Source: a virus
Taxonomy: Duplodnaviria > Caudoviricetes
IMG/VR virus record: IMGVR_UViG_3300048851_000230
Location: 1-32,949 of that record
Strand: one strand, 5' to 3'
Length of the DNA: 32,949 bases
The position numbers and the translations under genes are program-made. Shown one piece after another: positions 1-7,211 of the stretch (positions are counted from its first letter, which is position 1; each line of letters opens with the position of its first letter). The notes below the pieces were generated by a model. That model ran no database searches. It saw only the letters and a list, made by a program, of their open reading frames with translations, and was not told the origin of the DNA.

Positions 1-402
1 ATGACGAATAAGAACCTGAACGACTTCGACAAGAAAACGCGGGACAGTGCGGACGCACTCCTATCGCGCGTTCCACCTATCGAGATTCCAAGCGATCCAA
101 TCGCAACGTGGGAGTATGTCGTTCACCTCGCGCTTACGACTGACTTGCTTATTCAACGTAACGGTAAGTCGCTGTCGCTTGAGAAACGTTCGGCTATCAT
201 CGATTGGTTTACCGTCAACATTTACAATCTTAAACAGATTTCGGTGCGAACACTGATTAACGTGCGCGATACGTTCGCGACTTCCTCGCCAGAGTTGGTG
301 GATTCAGATTTGGGATTGCTCTTGAAGCCGCACGAGCAGCGCAGCGATAGGCAAGGCCTGCCACGGCAAGATTGGGCCGCGCTTCGTCAGGCTCTGTGCT
401 GA
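1..402 (+). CDS. Probable C-terminal part of a phage AAA+ ATPase (gene probably starts upstream of the window)
   Basis: TN..-ALLSR-..-ISVRTL pattern resembles the sensor-1, arginine-finger and lid (sensor-2) segments of AAA+ ATPases. No Walker A/B in the window, so it looks 5'-truncated. Confidence 0.45.
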   Translation: MTNKNLNDFDKKTRDSADALLSRVPPIEIPSDPIATWEYVVHLALTTDLLIQRNGKSLSLEKRSAIIDWFTVNIYNLKQISVRTLINVRDTFATSSPELVDSDLGLLLKPHEQRSDRQGLPRQDWAALRQALC

Positions 403-409
403 TGACGGG

Positions 410-527
410 GAAGCGGCTGGCGGGCTCTCATACCTAACGCCAGCCGCTTCGGTCCGATGGCGGTGAATGAATCCGCAGGGACCTACGACCGGCGCTGGAC
501 CTTAGGAGGAACCTAAGCCGGTTCCTG
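410..527 (-). ncRNA. Candidate structured RNA (three stem-loops) downstream of a minus-strand TAAATA
   Basis: Stems 410-422/438-450 (13 bp perfect), 451-455/479-483 with inner 460-463/473-476, and 488-492/518-522 with inner 501-506/512-517. TAAATA on the minus strand at 533-528. Confidence 0.3.
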
Positions 528-669
528 TATTTAGTATCCGACGCACAACGCGCGCCGTGTCGCAATCCTGTGAGTCGAGAAAGCCTCTGATAAAGTCCTC
601 GATACCGAAGATGTCGTGCGGCGCAATTCCTTCGGCAATTGCCAATTCTGTAAGATCATTCGTCGTCAT
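502..669 (-). CDS. Small hypothetical protein (55 aa, MTTNDLTELAIAEG...), not in the ORF track
   Basis: Hand-translated open frame from ATG 669 to TAA 502, co-directional with and just downstream of 706-957. Confidence 0.4.
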   Translation of the reverse strand: MTTNDLTELAIAEGIAPHDIFGIEDFIRGFLDSQDCDTARVVRRILNTGTGLGSS

Positions 670-685
670 GGCTTGATCTTACAGA
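647..685. repeat. 12-bp perfect inverted repeat TCTGTAAGATCA-N15-TGATCTTACAGA
   Basis: Arms 647-658 and 674-685 flank the ATG at 669 and contain the GTAAGAT core also seen in the origin repeats. Confidence 0.75.
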
Positions 686-705
686 TTGTCGCCCGCAATC
701 GCAAT

Positions 706-957
706 TTACTTTCGCATCTCTACCATGCTCGCGCGGATCATCGCGGTTCTATTCACGCGAGCTTCAATCTCCGCCATCTCGAATGGTAGCAGCAACTGTC
801 GCACCGCGTCTAACATCTCTCGGCGCTCCACTTCGCGTGCAGCCGGGTAAAACTCGGCGTCCATCGCGTCCATCATCAATACAGTCTCTGCGTCCTTAAG
901 GTCCTTATAGGTCATCGTTGTCTCCAGACGGCCAATTTGTTCTGCTACTGGCCTCAA
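706..957 (-). CDS. Hypothetical protein (83 aa, helical)
   Basis: ORF divergent from the AlpA-like gene. Its TTG start lies 4 nt after a minus-strand TATAAATA (969-962); an internal ATG start is possible. Confidence 0.55.
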   Translation of the reverse strand: MRPVAEQIGRLETTMTYKDLKDAETVLMMDAMDAEFYPAAREVERREMLDAVRQLLLPFEMAEIEARVNRTAMIRASMVEMRK

Positions 958-961
958 TCCC

Positions 962-1032
962 TATTTATACAAAACGATGCGAACCCTACTTCTTTTTAGA
1001 TATTGCAGCGAAATTGCCATCTCTGCTAAATA
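962..1032. promoter_or_regulatory. Back-to-back TAAATA elements (minus 967-962, plus 1027-1032): divergent promoter region
   Basis: AT-rich intergenic gap between divergent genes with the motif on each strand pointing outward. Confidence 0.55.
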
Positions 1033-1051
1033 GATAATAATGGAGGAAACA

Positions 1052-1234
1052 ATGATGGATACGATGAATACAAAGGAAGTGGCGGAGATGATCGGCGTGA
1101 CGCGCGCCACGGTATTGAACTGGTTGAACCGTGGCGATTTCGCACCGGCTCTACGTCTCAGCCCAAGGGTTACGGTCTACCGTCGCGCGGACGTTCTGGC
1201 GTGGATGGAAAGTAAATTGACTAATAAGCACTGA
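1052..1234 (+). CDS. AlpA/excisionase-like winged-HTH DNA-binding protein
   Basis: MNTKEVAEMIGVTRATVLNWLNRGDFAPALRLSPR..YRRADVLAWM is a typical AlpA/Xis pattern. GGAGG at 1042-1046 favours ATG 1052 over 1040. Confidence 0.85.
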   Translation: MMDTMNTKEVAEMIGVTRATVLNWLNRGDFAPALRLSPRVTVYRRADVLAWMESKLTNKH

Positions 1235-1247
1235 TTTGACTAAGTTG

Positions 1248-1405
1248 TATAAATAGGATGTCGTTGTAGCAGACGACGGAGTTTTCAAGGTCAAGACTAA
1301 ATATTGAATAGGAAGTGCTGTTAGGGTATCTTACTTCATATTGTCTCGAAAATGAATGGCTCACGCGTCTGCTACCGCGTGGGCCATTTTCGTTTTAGGA
1401 GATTT
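1248..1405 (+). promoter_or_regulatory. TATAAATA plus structured leader (putative attenuator) of the Prim-Pol gene
   Basis: Hairpin 1260-1277 has GTAGCA in its loop; terminator-like hairpin 1355-1388 has loop TCTGCTAC. 1266-1275 is perfectly complementary to 1366-1375. Confidence 0.6.
1355..1396 (+). terminator. Intrinsic terminator-like hairpin just upstream of the Prim-Pol RBS
   Basis: 13-bp stem AATGGCTCACGCG/CGCGTGGGCCATT (one G-U pair) followed by TTCGTTTT. Confidence 0.65.
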
Positions 1406-2326
1406 ATGGAAATTACTACGAACCCTTTTTGGACAGCGCTACCGGGTTGGTCGCTGTTTCCGCTCCGCCACCAGTCCAAGCGTCCGGTAGGATCATGGGG
1501 CGATTACATGTTCTTCCCGGCCAGCACGATCCAGCGCGAGATGTGGGCGAGCGAGTTCGAAAACTTCGGCGTCGTTACCGGCTCGGTATCCGGCCTCGTG
1601 GTCGTAGACATCGATAACGACGCGGCGTTTCTGGAGTGCGAGGCGCGCGGCCTGACAACAACCGTCACGATCAAGACGCCTCGTGGCTATCACCTCTACT
1701 ACCAGCATCCCGGTATCGCGATCTCGAACAGCGCGGGCAAGCTGGCGGATGGCGTGGACATCCGTGGCGATGGCGGGTTCTGCGTAGGTCCGGGCAGCTA
1801 TTACCGTCCGAACACCGCAGAGCGCGCACAGGGCAAGCTTGCCGGGGAATACTGGCCAGTCCCGACGATGGGTCCGGGTGAAGTCCCGTTGGCACCCCTC
1901 CCCGCGTGGATCATCGATCACCTTAAGTCGCACGAGCCAAAGGAACCGCAGGACCGTCCTACAGCGCCTGTAGGGGTCGAGACGGTCGAAGCACCGGCAA
2001 TGCCGTCTGCTTACGCTCTGGCGGCTGTGCGGGGGGAATTAGAACACTTACGCGGCACACGGTCCGGGTCGAGAAATCAGAACCTGTTCATCGCATCGGC
2101 ACGCCTTGGCGAATTCGTCGCGGCGGGATCGTTGACGCAGACCGATGCAGAACACGAATTGACGGAAGCAGCCAACGTTATCGGCCTTCCGTCCGATGAA
2201 TCCAATGCGACGATAAAGTCCGGGCTGTCGCATGGTCTACAAAAGCCCCGTGTAGCACCAACACCGAAACCCGCGATGTCAGCAGCAATGGCGCGGAAAC
2301 TACTAAAAAGCTCGAAAGGAAAGTAA
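1406..2326 (+). CDS. Bifunctional DNA primase/polymerase (Prim-Pol) with a C-terminal PriCT-like helical domain
   Basis: Motifs GVVTG..GLVVVDID, TPRGYHLYY, VDIRGDGGFCVGPGS and C-terminal GSRNQNLF. SD AGGAG before ATG 1406, not the ORF-track start 1352. Confidence 0.9.
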   Translation: MEITTNPFWTALPGWSLFPLRHQSKRPVGSWGDYMFFPASTIQREMWASEFENFGVVTGSVSGLVVVDIDNDAAFLECEARGLTTTVTIKTPRGYHLYYQHPGIAISNSAGKLADGVDIRGDGGFCVGPGSYYRPNTAERAQGKLAGEYWPVPTMGPGEVPLAPLPAWIIDHLKSHEPKEPQDRPTAPVGVETVEAPAMPSAYALAAVRGELEHLRGTRSGSRNQNLFIASARLGEFVAAGSLTQTDAEHELTEAANVIGLPSDESNATIKSGLSHGLQKPRVAPTPKPAMSAAMARKLLKSSKGK

Positions 2327-2336
2327 ATAAGAGACA

Positions 2337-3875
2337 ATGGAAAACCCAAATACACAGCCTAACCTCACACAGTCGGCAGAGGACCGGCTGAATAACTGCC
2401 AAACCCGTATCAACGAACTGCTTAAGCAATCGCCTGTGAAGATTGAGGACGTTAAGATTCTTAAAGCAGAGCGCGCACGCATTGAAAAAGAGATGCAGAA
2501 AGCGGCGCATACTTCGCTTTCCGATGACGAAGAACGCGAAGCCGTTGGCGCAATCAAAGCCGACATTCGCGAATGGCTTAAGGTCCGTAAGTTCAACTAC
2601 GTGCTGGCCAACGATCGCTATTGGCTCGACAAAGACACGCACTGGATTCCCGTCTCGGCTCAGACCCTGCTACGCGAACGTCCTACGCTATCGTCCGGGA
2701 TCGAACGCGAGTTGCTTACGAAAGTGATGCGCGAGGATAACCGGTTCTTCGACGAATGCACCTACAGCTACGATAAGGTTCCATCCGACACGCTGAACAT
2801 GATGCGTAAGGATTTCGCACCGATTGTAGAGGAAGGCGAAGCACATTGGATTTTCGATTGCGTTATCCGTTCGGTCGCAGGCGGTAAGGCGGCGAACATC
2901 TCGCACGTCGAACAGCTTATCCTTACGAAATATCTGCACCCGGAATCGACCGTGGTTCCAAGCTTGGTGTTCAACGATGGCGGCAGCACCGGTAAGGGCG
3001 TGCTGGTATCCAATATCTTGACCGCAATCTTCGGACGCTTCGGTGTCGCGGACAACCTGTCGATTGATAAGGTGACGGGACAGTTCAACGCGATGCTACA
3101 AGGTCGCGCTATCTGGTATATCAACGAGACATCACACGGCACCTACTCGCACAACAAGCTTAAGCAGATTGTCGGTTCCCCTACCATGTGGATCGAACCT
3201 AAGGGTATCAACGCCTTTGAGGTTCCGATGACGGCTTGGCTGGTCATCTCGGGGAACGGCGTAGACGGCTCTGTCCTGCTTGAAGGCAACGGCACCGATC
3301 GTCGCTGGTCGATCATCAGCGGGAACAAGAGCCTGCCAGAGCATATCGCGGACGCAGTGGGAACGACCGACGCTGAAGCGCTCGCATGGCTGCGTAAGGA
3401 AGGGCTGGCGATCCTGTCGGACCGAACACAGGCTGGACGATGGCTGGCGGCTCTGGTCGCGCGTCATGGTGACGTGAACGTGTCGGAAGGACACCACGAG
3501 GAAGATTACGCCTCGATCCGCGATCTCCAGCGCACGCTACACGATGACATGTTCCACCAGACGTTCGGACACGAAGATTTCGCCTGCATCCGCACGATTG
3601 AACTGTTCCAAGCATATCTGGACGAATGCGCGTCACTTAAGCGCAAGCCGACCGGACGGAACAAGTTTCACCAGATGGCGCGGAACTATCTGGAAAAGCA
3701 CTTCCCCGATTATGCAGGCCGCATCGCCTTCAACATCGAAATTGAAAAGACCGGGCGGACCTCGAAAGTAGAATACTACAGCCGGAACGTGAAACCGTCC
3801 GACGCAGAGTTGGCGCATAACGGTCGCGATGTCCTCCGCTCCCTCGGTTTCGGCTGGATTCCACGGGCAGATTAA
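2337..3875 (+). CDS. Primase-associated SF3-type helicase (D5-like/DUF5906-type)
   Basis: Walker A GGSTGKG, Walker B variant WYINE, EPKG, motif C ISGN and DRRW; directly follows the Prim-Pol gene. Confidence 0.85.
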   Translation: MENPNTQPNLTQSAEDRLNNCQTRINELLKQSPVKIEDVKILKAERARIEKEMQKAAHTSLSDDEEREAVGAIKADIREWLKVRKFNYVLANDRYWLDKDTHWIPVSAQTLLRERPTLSSGIERELLTKVMREDNRFFDECTYSYDKVPSDTLNMMRKDFAPIVEEGEAHWIFDCVIRSVAGGKAANISHVEQLILTKYLHPESTVVPSLVFNDGGSTGKGVLVSNILTAIFGRFGVADNLSIDKVTGQFNAMLQGRAIWYINETSHGTYSHNKLKQIVGSPTMWIEPKGINAFEVPMTAWLVISGNGVDGSVLLEGNGTDRRWSIISGNKSLPEHIADAVGTTDAEALAWLRKEGLAILSDRTQAGRWLAALVARHGDVNVSEGHHEEDYASIRDLQRTLHDDMFHQTFGHEDFACIRTIELFQAYLDECASLKRKPTGRNKFHQMARNYLEKHFPDYAGRIAFNIEIEKTGRTSKVEYYSRNVKPSDAELAHNGRDVLRSLGFGWIPRAD

Positions 3876-3885
3876 CCCTTTACCG

Positions 3886-4095
3886 TCCGGATTTAGTAGG
3901 ATTTTGATTTCTTACTCAAAATCTTACTTTCCGGATTGGTCGATAACTACCTGTTTTTCCTACATTTTATTCTTAATTAGTAAGATAGTAAGATAGTAAG
4001 ATATTTTAGAGTTGATTATAGGAAGAACGATAAACGTATTTCCATTTCTCATGCTCCGACTAAAACAAGAAGCTACTTATTACTTCTTACTATTT
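3886..4095. other. Putative replication origin: AT-rich region with iterons
   Basis: (TAGTAAGA)x3 at 3978-4001; reverse copies TCTTACT at 3910, 3922 and 4085; inverted repeat AGTAGGATTTTGA/TCAAAATCTTACT within 3886-3935; immediately downstream of the helicase. Confidence 0.7.
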
Positions 4096-4213
4096 TCGAG
4101 CAGCGCGCGGCGTGGTCTGTCAGTGCTCGGGAACATGGCGCGAGCATCGGCGGCGAGATGATATGCAGGCGCGTAGCGCCTGGACCTTCGGTCCAGCCAT
4201 CATCGCGGACACG

Positions 4214-4250
4214 AAAAAGCCCGGACCGTCTTTCGACCGTCCGGGCTTTT
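4214..4250. terminator. Bidirectional intrinsic terminator
   Basis: AAAAAGCCCGGAC-CGTCTTTCGACC-GTCCGGGCTTTT between convergent units; GAAA loop on the minus strand. Confidence 0.85.
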
Positions 4251-4421
4251 CGATGTAGATCGGCTAACTTAGAATCACCATCTACCGCAATCGTTACGAT
4301 CCTTCGTGGCAAGTTAAAAGACTATGCTTCGAGTAACGGCCACCACGTTTACCCTTCCGGGCAGGATCGTCTTTGCTAAGACCGTGATCGACCGGTCTCG
4401 GATTAAAGGCGTTACCCTCTG
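4214..4421 (-). ncRNA. Candidate ~200-nt structured ncRNA, possibly with two pseudoknots
   Basis: Bounded by minus-strand TAAATA (4431-4426) and the terminator; no credible ORF; several nested and crossing helices (see findings). Confidence 0.5.
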
Positions 4422-4457
4422 TAGCTATTTAATCAAAAGAGCCTACCGGCTGTCAAT

Positions 4458-4949
4458 TTACTTCGCCTTGGCGGCAGCAGCTTCCTTAGCCTTACGGCGT
4501 GCCTCTACCGACTCTTTGAATTTCGCGTGACGCGCTGGTGTCCACCCTGCACGGCCAGACTCACCCGCAGGCGCTGCACGCTTCTTCGTGGCCTTTACCG
4601 GCGCTTCAGTGCCATCGCCTACAAGCTGGTCGTCCAACTCGCCTGCATCAACGCTGGCCTTAAGGTGGTTCAGTGCATCCGCGAAACGCTCGGCAGGGAT
4701 TGGCAACGGGTAGACCTTACCAATCTTGATCTCGCGACCGTCCAGCGTGGGCGAAAACATCACGACATTGTTGTTCGCGCTCCACCACTTGTCCGCTCCT
4801 CGTGGCTGCTTGCCCTCGCTGAACTGCTTAATCGTCGCGTCAATTTTTTTGATGAACGGCTTACGCGCCTTGGTGGGATCGGGCGCGGTATGGTGGAAAA
4901 CATCGTGAAGCTTGGCATCAACGAGCGATAGGAAATCGGAAAGCGCCAT
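4458..4949 (-). CDS. Hypothetical accessory protein (163 aa) with a basic, Ala/Lys-rich C-terminal tail
   Basis: Clean ORF with AGGGA before the ATG and TTGACA on the minus strand at 5011-5006; contains VDAGELD and ends GWTPARHAKFKESVEARRKAK... Confidence 0.75.
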   Translation of the reverse strand: MALSDFLSLVDAKLHDVFHHTAPDPTKARKPFIKKIDATIKQFSEGKQPRGADKWWSANNNVVMFSPTLDGREIKIGKVYPLPIPAERFADALNHLKASVDAGELDDQLVGDGTEAPVKATKKRAAPAGESGRAGWTPARHAKFKESVEARRKAKEAAAAKAK

Positions 4950-5019
4950 CGTGGTTCCCCTAATTGGAAGTTCAATGACGCCGCTAAGCGCCGAACTTAC
5001 GAGCCTGTCAAGCTTAAGC

Positions 5020-5340
5020 CTATGCGTCGAACCATCGCATGTAGTGCGGTGTCATCAATCGCGCGTCATCGTGCACGGGATTCTTAGCGGCGAATTTGCC
5101 CTTTAGCGGTCCGTCCGTATGTCGCAGCCGTGCGGGTTCTACCGGCACTCCAAAGGCATCCCCGATCAACACTGCGACACGTAGCCAACGCTTGTTGACA
5201 TACACGGCGTCAACCGGCTGCGGCTTAAGCACCTTACAAACGGTCCGCTTACCGGGTCCCGCGTATGGTCGATCACATCGGACAGAACCACAGCGTGTGA
5301 CAGAGTAGCAGGGATAAGATGGACAGGGACGGTATTCCAT
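5020..5340 (-). CDS. NUMOD4-like protein with a degenerate HNH region
   Basis: YRPCPSYPCYSVTRCGSVR..KVLKP..VAVLIGDAF..RHTDG parallels the NUMOD4-HNH layout (WxxIPGYxxYxVSxxGRVR..HRLVAxAF..NHxDG). Starts 3 nt after the upstream stop. Confidence 0.55.
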   Translation of the reverse strand: MEYRPCPSYPCYSVTRCGSVRCDRPYAGPGKRTVCKVLKPQPVDAVYVNKRWLRVAVLIGDAFGVPVEPARLRHTDGPLKGKFAAKNPVHDDARLMTPHYMRWFDA

Positions 5341-5343
5341 CGG

Positions 5344-5958
5344 TTACGCGGCTTCGGCTCGCATCTCCGCCAGTCTCCGCAACCGTTCTACACGGGACTC
5401 CCGTTTGCTACCGGCTACGCGCAACCGTTCGGGTTTCGGTGAATGAGTGTCGGGATAGTCCGTCGTTTCACGAACGGTCGGCTTCCAATGCTCCGGCCTT
5501 ATTTTGTCTTTGATCGTGCCTATGAGCGCGTCTCGTTCATCCCGTAGGCGCTGCACCTCAGTAAGCAGGATGTCTATTTCGGCTTGGTAGCGATCGTGCA
5601 CACGGTCAATCCGCGCGAGCCGTCCAAGGTCCGCTTGGCTTACCATGTATGACACGGGACGCTTAGGCTTTGGTTCACGCCTAACCCTGTTCTTTGTGTT
5701 TACAGAACGCGTAGTCCAGCGGCAGTTACCCGGTTCATAGTTCCCGTCATTATCGATGCGGTCGAGTTCAAGACCATCTGCCCTTGGTCCCATATCCTCG
5801 TAAAATGCTTGGAAGCTTTCGCTCCACCGTTCGCACATAGCGATACCGCGTCCGCCATAATCTTCCCAATGGGGATGTTTATCACTCTCGCAACGATGCC
5901 TTGCACCTAACCAAGAATTGTATTCGCGCTTGTGGTCTTTAACTTTGAACTTTGTCAT
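5344..5958 (-). CDS. Phage HNH-family endonuclease-like protein with a C-terminal coiled coil
   Basis: YGGRGIAMCERW..SF..F..DMG.R...LDRIDNDGNYEPGNCRW signature; ATG 5958 is the likely start. Confidence 0.85.
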   Translation of the reverse strand: MTKFKVKDHKREYNSWLGARHRCESDKHPHWEDYGGRGIAMCERWSESFQAFYEDMGPRADGLELDRIDNDGNYEPGNCRWTTRSVNTKNRVRREPKPKRPVSYMVSQADLGRLARIDRVHDRYQAEIDILLTEVQRLRDERDALIGTIKDKIRPEHWKPTVRETTDYPDTHSPKPERLRVAGSKRESRVERLRRLAEMRAEAA

Positions 5959-6068
5959 TGACAGAGTGTAAATTAATCGACGCCGAAAAATCAATAATAT
6001 AGCTTTTTCGACCTTAAGTAGGGCATAATTCTTTTAGAGGATAAAATAGAGTATAGGAGGAACACAGA

Positions 6069-6251
6069 ATGACTAACACTAAAGACTACGTAGTTCAGCA
6101 TCGGATATCGCGTAGCATTGTCGAGGACCGCGCATTTGATTTGGCTGCATACATTCACCGTATGACCGATCCCGAAGATGCTGACTACCCGCGCGACTTT
6201 GACACGCTTACTATCAAGTTCGTCGCGTTTGATAGTGAGGTGGCAGCATGA
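6069..6251 (+). CDS. Hypothetical protein (60 aa)
   Basis: Strong SD AGGAGG; first gene of an operon linked by ATGA-type overlaps. Confidence 0.7.
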   Translation: MTNTKDYVVQHRISRSIVEDRAFDLAAYIHRMTDPEDADYPRDFDTLTIKFVAFDSEVAA

Positions 6252-6547
6252 CAGCCATTGAATTTCTAATCCACGAGGTTGCGCATTCTCATTTTTGGGA
6301 ACGCATGGAAGTCGGCAACCTTGAAGTGTTGGAGGCGGACGAAGATACGTGGATTGCAAACCGTCGCGACAAGCTTCGCGAGATGGTCGCAACGTGGGAT
6401 GATACCCGCGAAGCAGACTACGATATGGACGAAGCTCTGGAGGATGTTCCTACGACCTTGCAAGAGCGTCACGAGGATTTGACGACCGCGCTAACAGCCG
6501 CGCTCGACCATCTGGTAGCGCTTAGCAATCGTGGTGCACGATCATGA
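6248..6547 (+). CDS. Hypothetical acidic protein (99 aa)
   Basis: ATGA overlaps with both neighbours. Confidence 0.7.
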   Translation: MTAIEFLIHEVAHSHFWERMEVGNLEVLEADEDTWIANRRDKLREMVATWDDTREADYDMDEALEDVPTTLQERHEDLTTALTAALDHLVALSNRGARS

Positions 6548-6774
6548 TCGCCCGCGTAGTTGATAGGATCGCGCGTGTGATCCTAATCCTTACGCTCTTT
6601 GGGGCGCTTGGTTATTTCGTTCACGGCCTATTTCAGTGCATCCCGCTTATGGTCGCTGAGTTCGTTGCAAGCAGCACGAAGCAGAAGATTATCACAGTTT
6701 CATTGACGCTGTTCAACGCAGCTTTAATCTGGACGCTTTATCGGTTCAGTAAGAGAGTTGTGGTGACGCGATGA
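6544..6774 (+). CDS. Small membrane protein (two hydrophobic segments)
   Basis: Two hydrophobic stretches; ATGA coupling. Confidence 0.65.
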   Translation: MIARVVDRIARVILILTLFGALGYFVHGLFQCIPLMVAEFVASSTKQKIITVSLTLFNAALIWTLYRFSKRVVVTR

Positions 6775-7211
6775 CCGTCATTGCTACAGACGGACGCACG
6801 ATCGCTGGTGACGGCTTGACGCTTTGTGGTTGGACTATCGACCAAACCGACACGGTTAAGGTTCTTCGTCTTGCCGATGGTCGCGTGTTCGGAACTACGG
6901 GCTTAGCGTCTGATAAGATAGTGTTCGGTAACTATCTGGCGGGAAAATCTGATAAGCCTGATTTCAGCGGCAGAGATACGCCTTTCTCCGCTCTGGTATT
7001 AAACACAGACGGGTCCGTCGATTGGTATGGTGCAGAGTGTATCGCTGTTCCCGCAAGTATCCCAACCGCGATAGGTTGTGGATCGGATTTCGCGCGTGCA
7101 GCTTTGGTTATGGGCGCGACTTCTAAGGAAGCGGTAGCGCTCGCGTGTAAGCTCTCGGCAGGATGCGGCGGAACGATAACGGTAATGTCGATAGCTGGTG
7201 GTGCAGAATGA
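6771..7211 (+). CDS. Phage Ntn-hydrolase (HslV/proteasome beta-like) protein
   Basis: N-terminal MTVIATDG..IAGD exposes Thr after Met removal; AIGCGSDFARAALVMGA..EAV...GGTI pattern near the C-terminus. Confidence 0.75.
   Translation: MTVIATDGRTIAGDGLTLCGWTIDQTDTVKVLRLADGRVFGTTGLASDKIVFGNYLAGKSDKPDFSGRDTPFSALVLNTDGSVDWYGAECIAVPASIPTAIGCGSDFARAALVMGATSKEAVALACKLSAGCGGTITVMSIAGGAE

Noticed and set aside
399-460. CTGATGA followed by a long stem, like a hammerhead ribozyme core
   Set aside because: No GAAA after the stem and no stem III/UH cleavage site; TGATGA is explained by tandem stop codons.
1217-1243. TTGACTAA direct repeat as a sigma70 -35
   Set aside because: Neither copy has a convincing -10 at 16-18 nt spacing; it may be a binding site but I cannot support that.
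4250-4421. Group I intron resemblance (AAAGAC with AAGCAUAGUC, like P7 and J8/7)
   Set aside because: No interrupted host gene, no room for P4-P6 or P8, and imperfect P7. Kept only as an unclassified RNA candidate.
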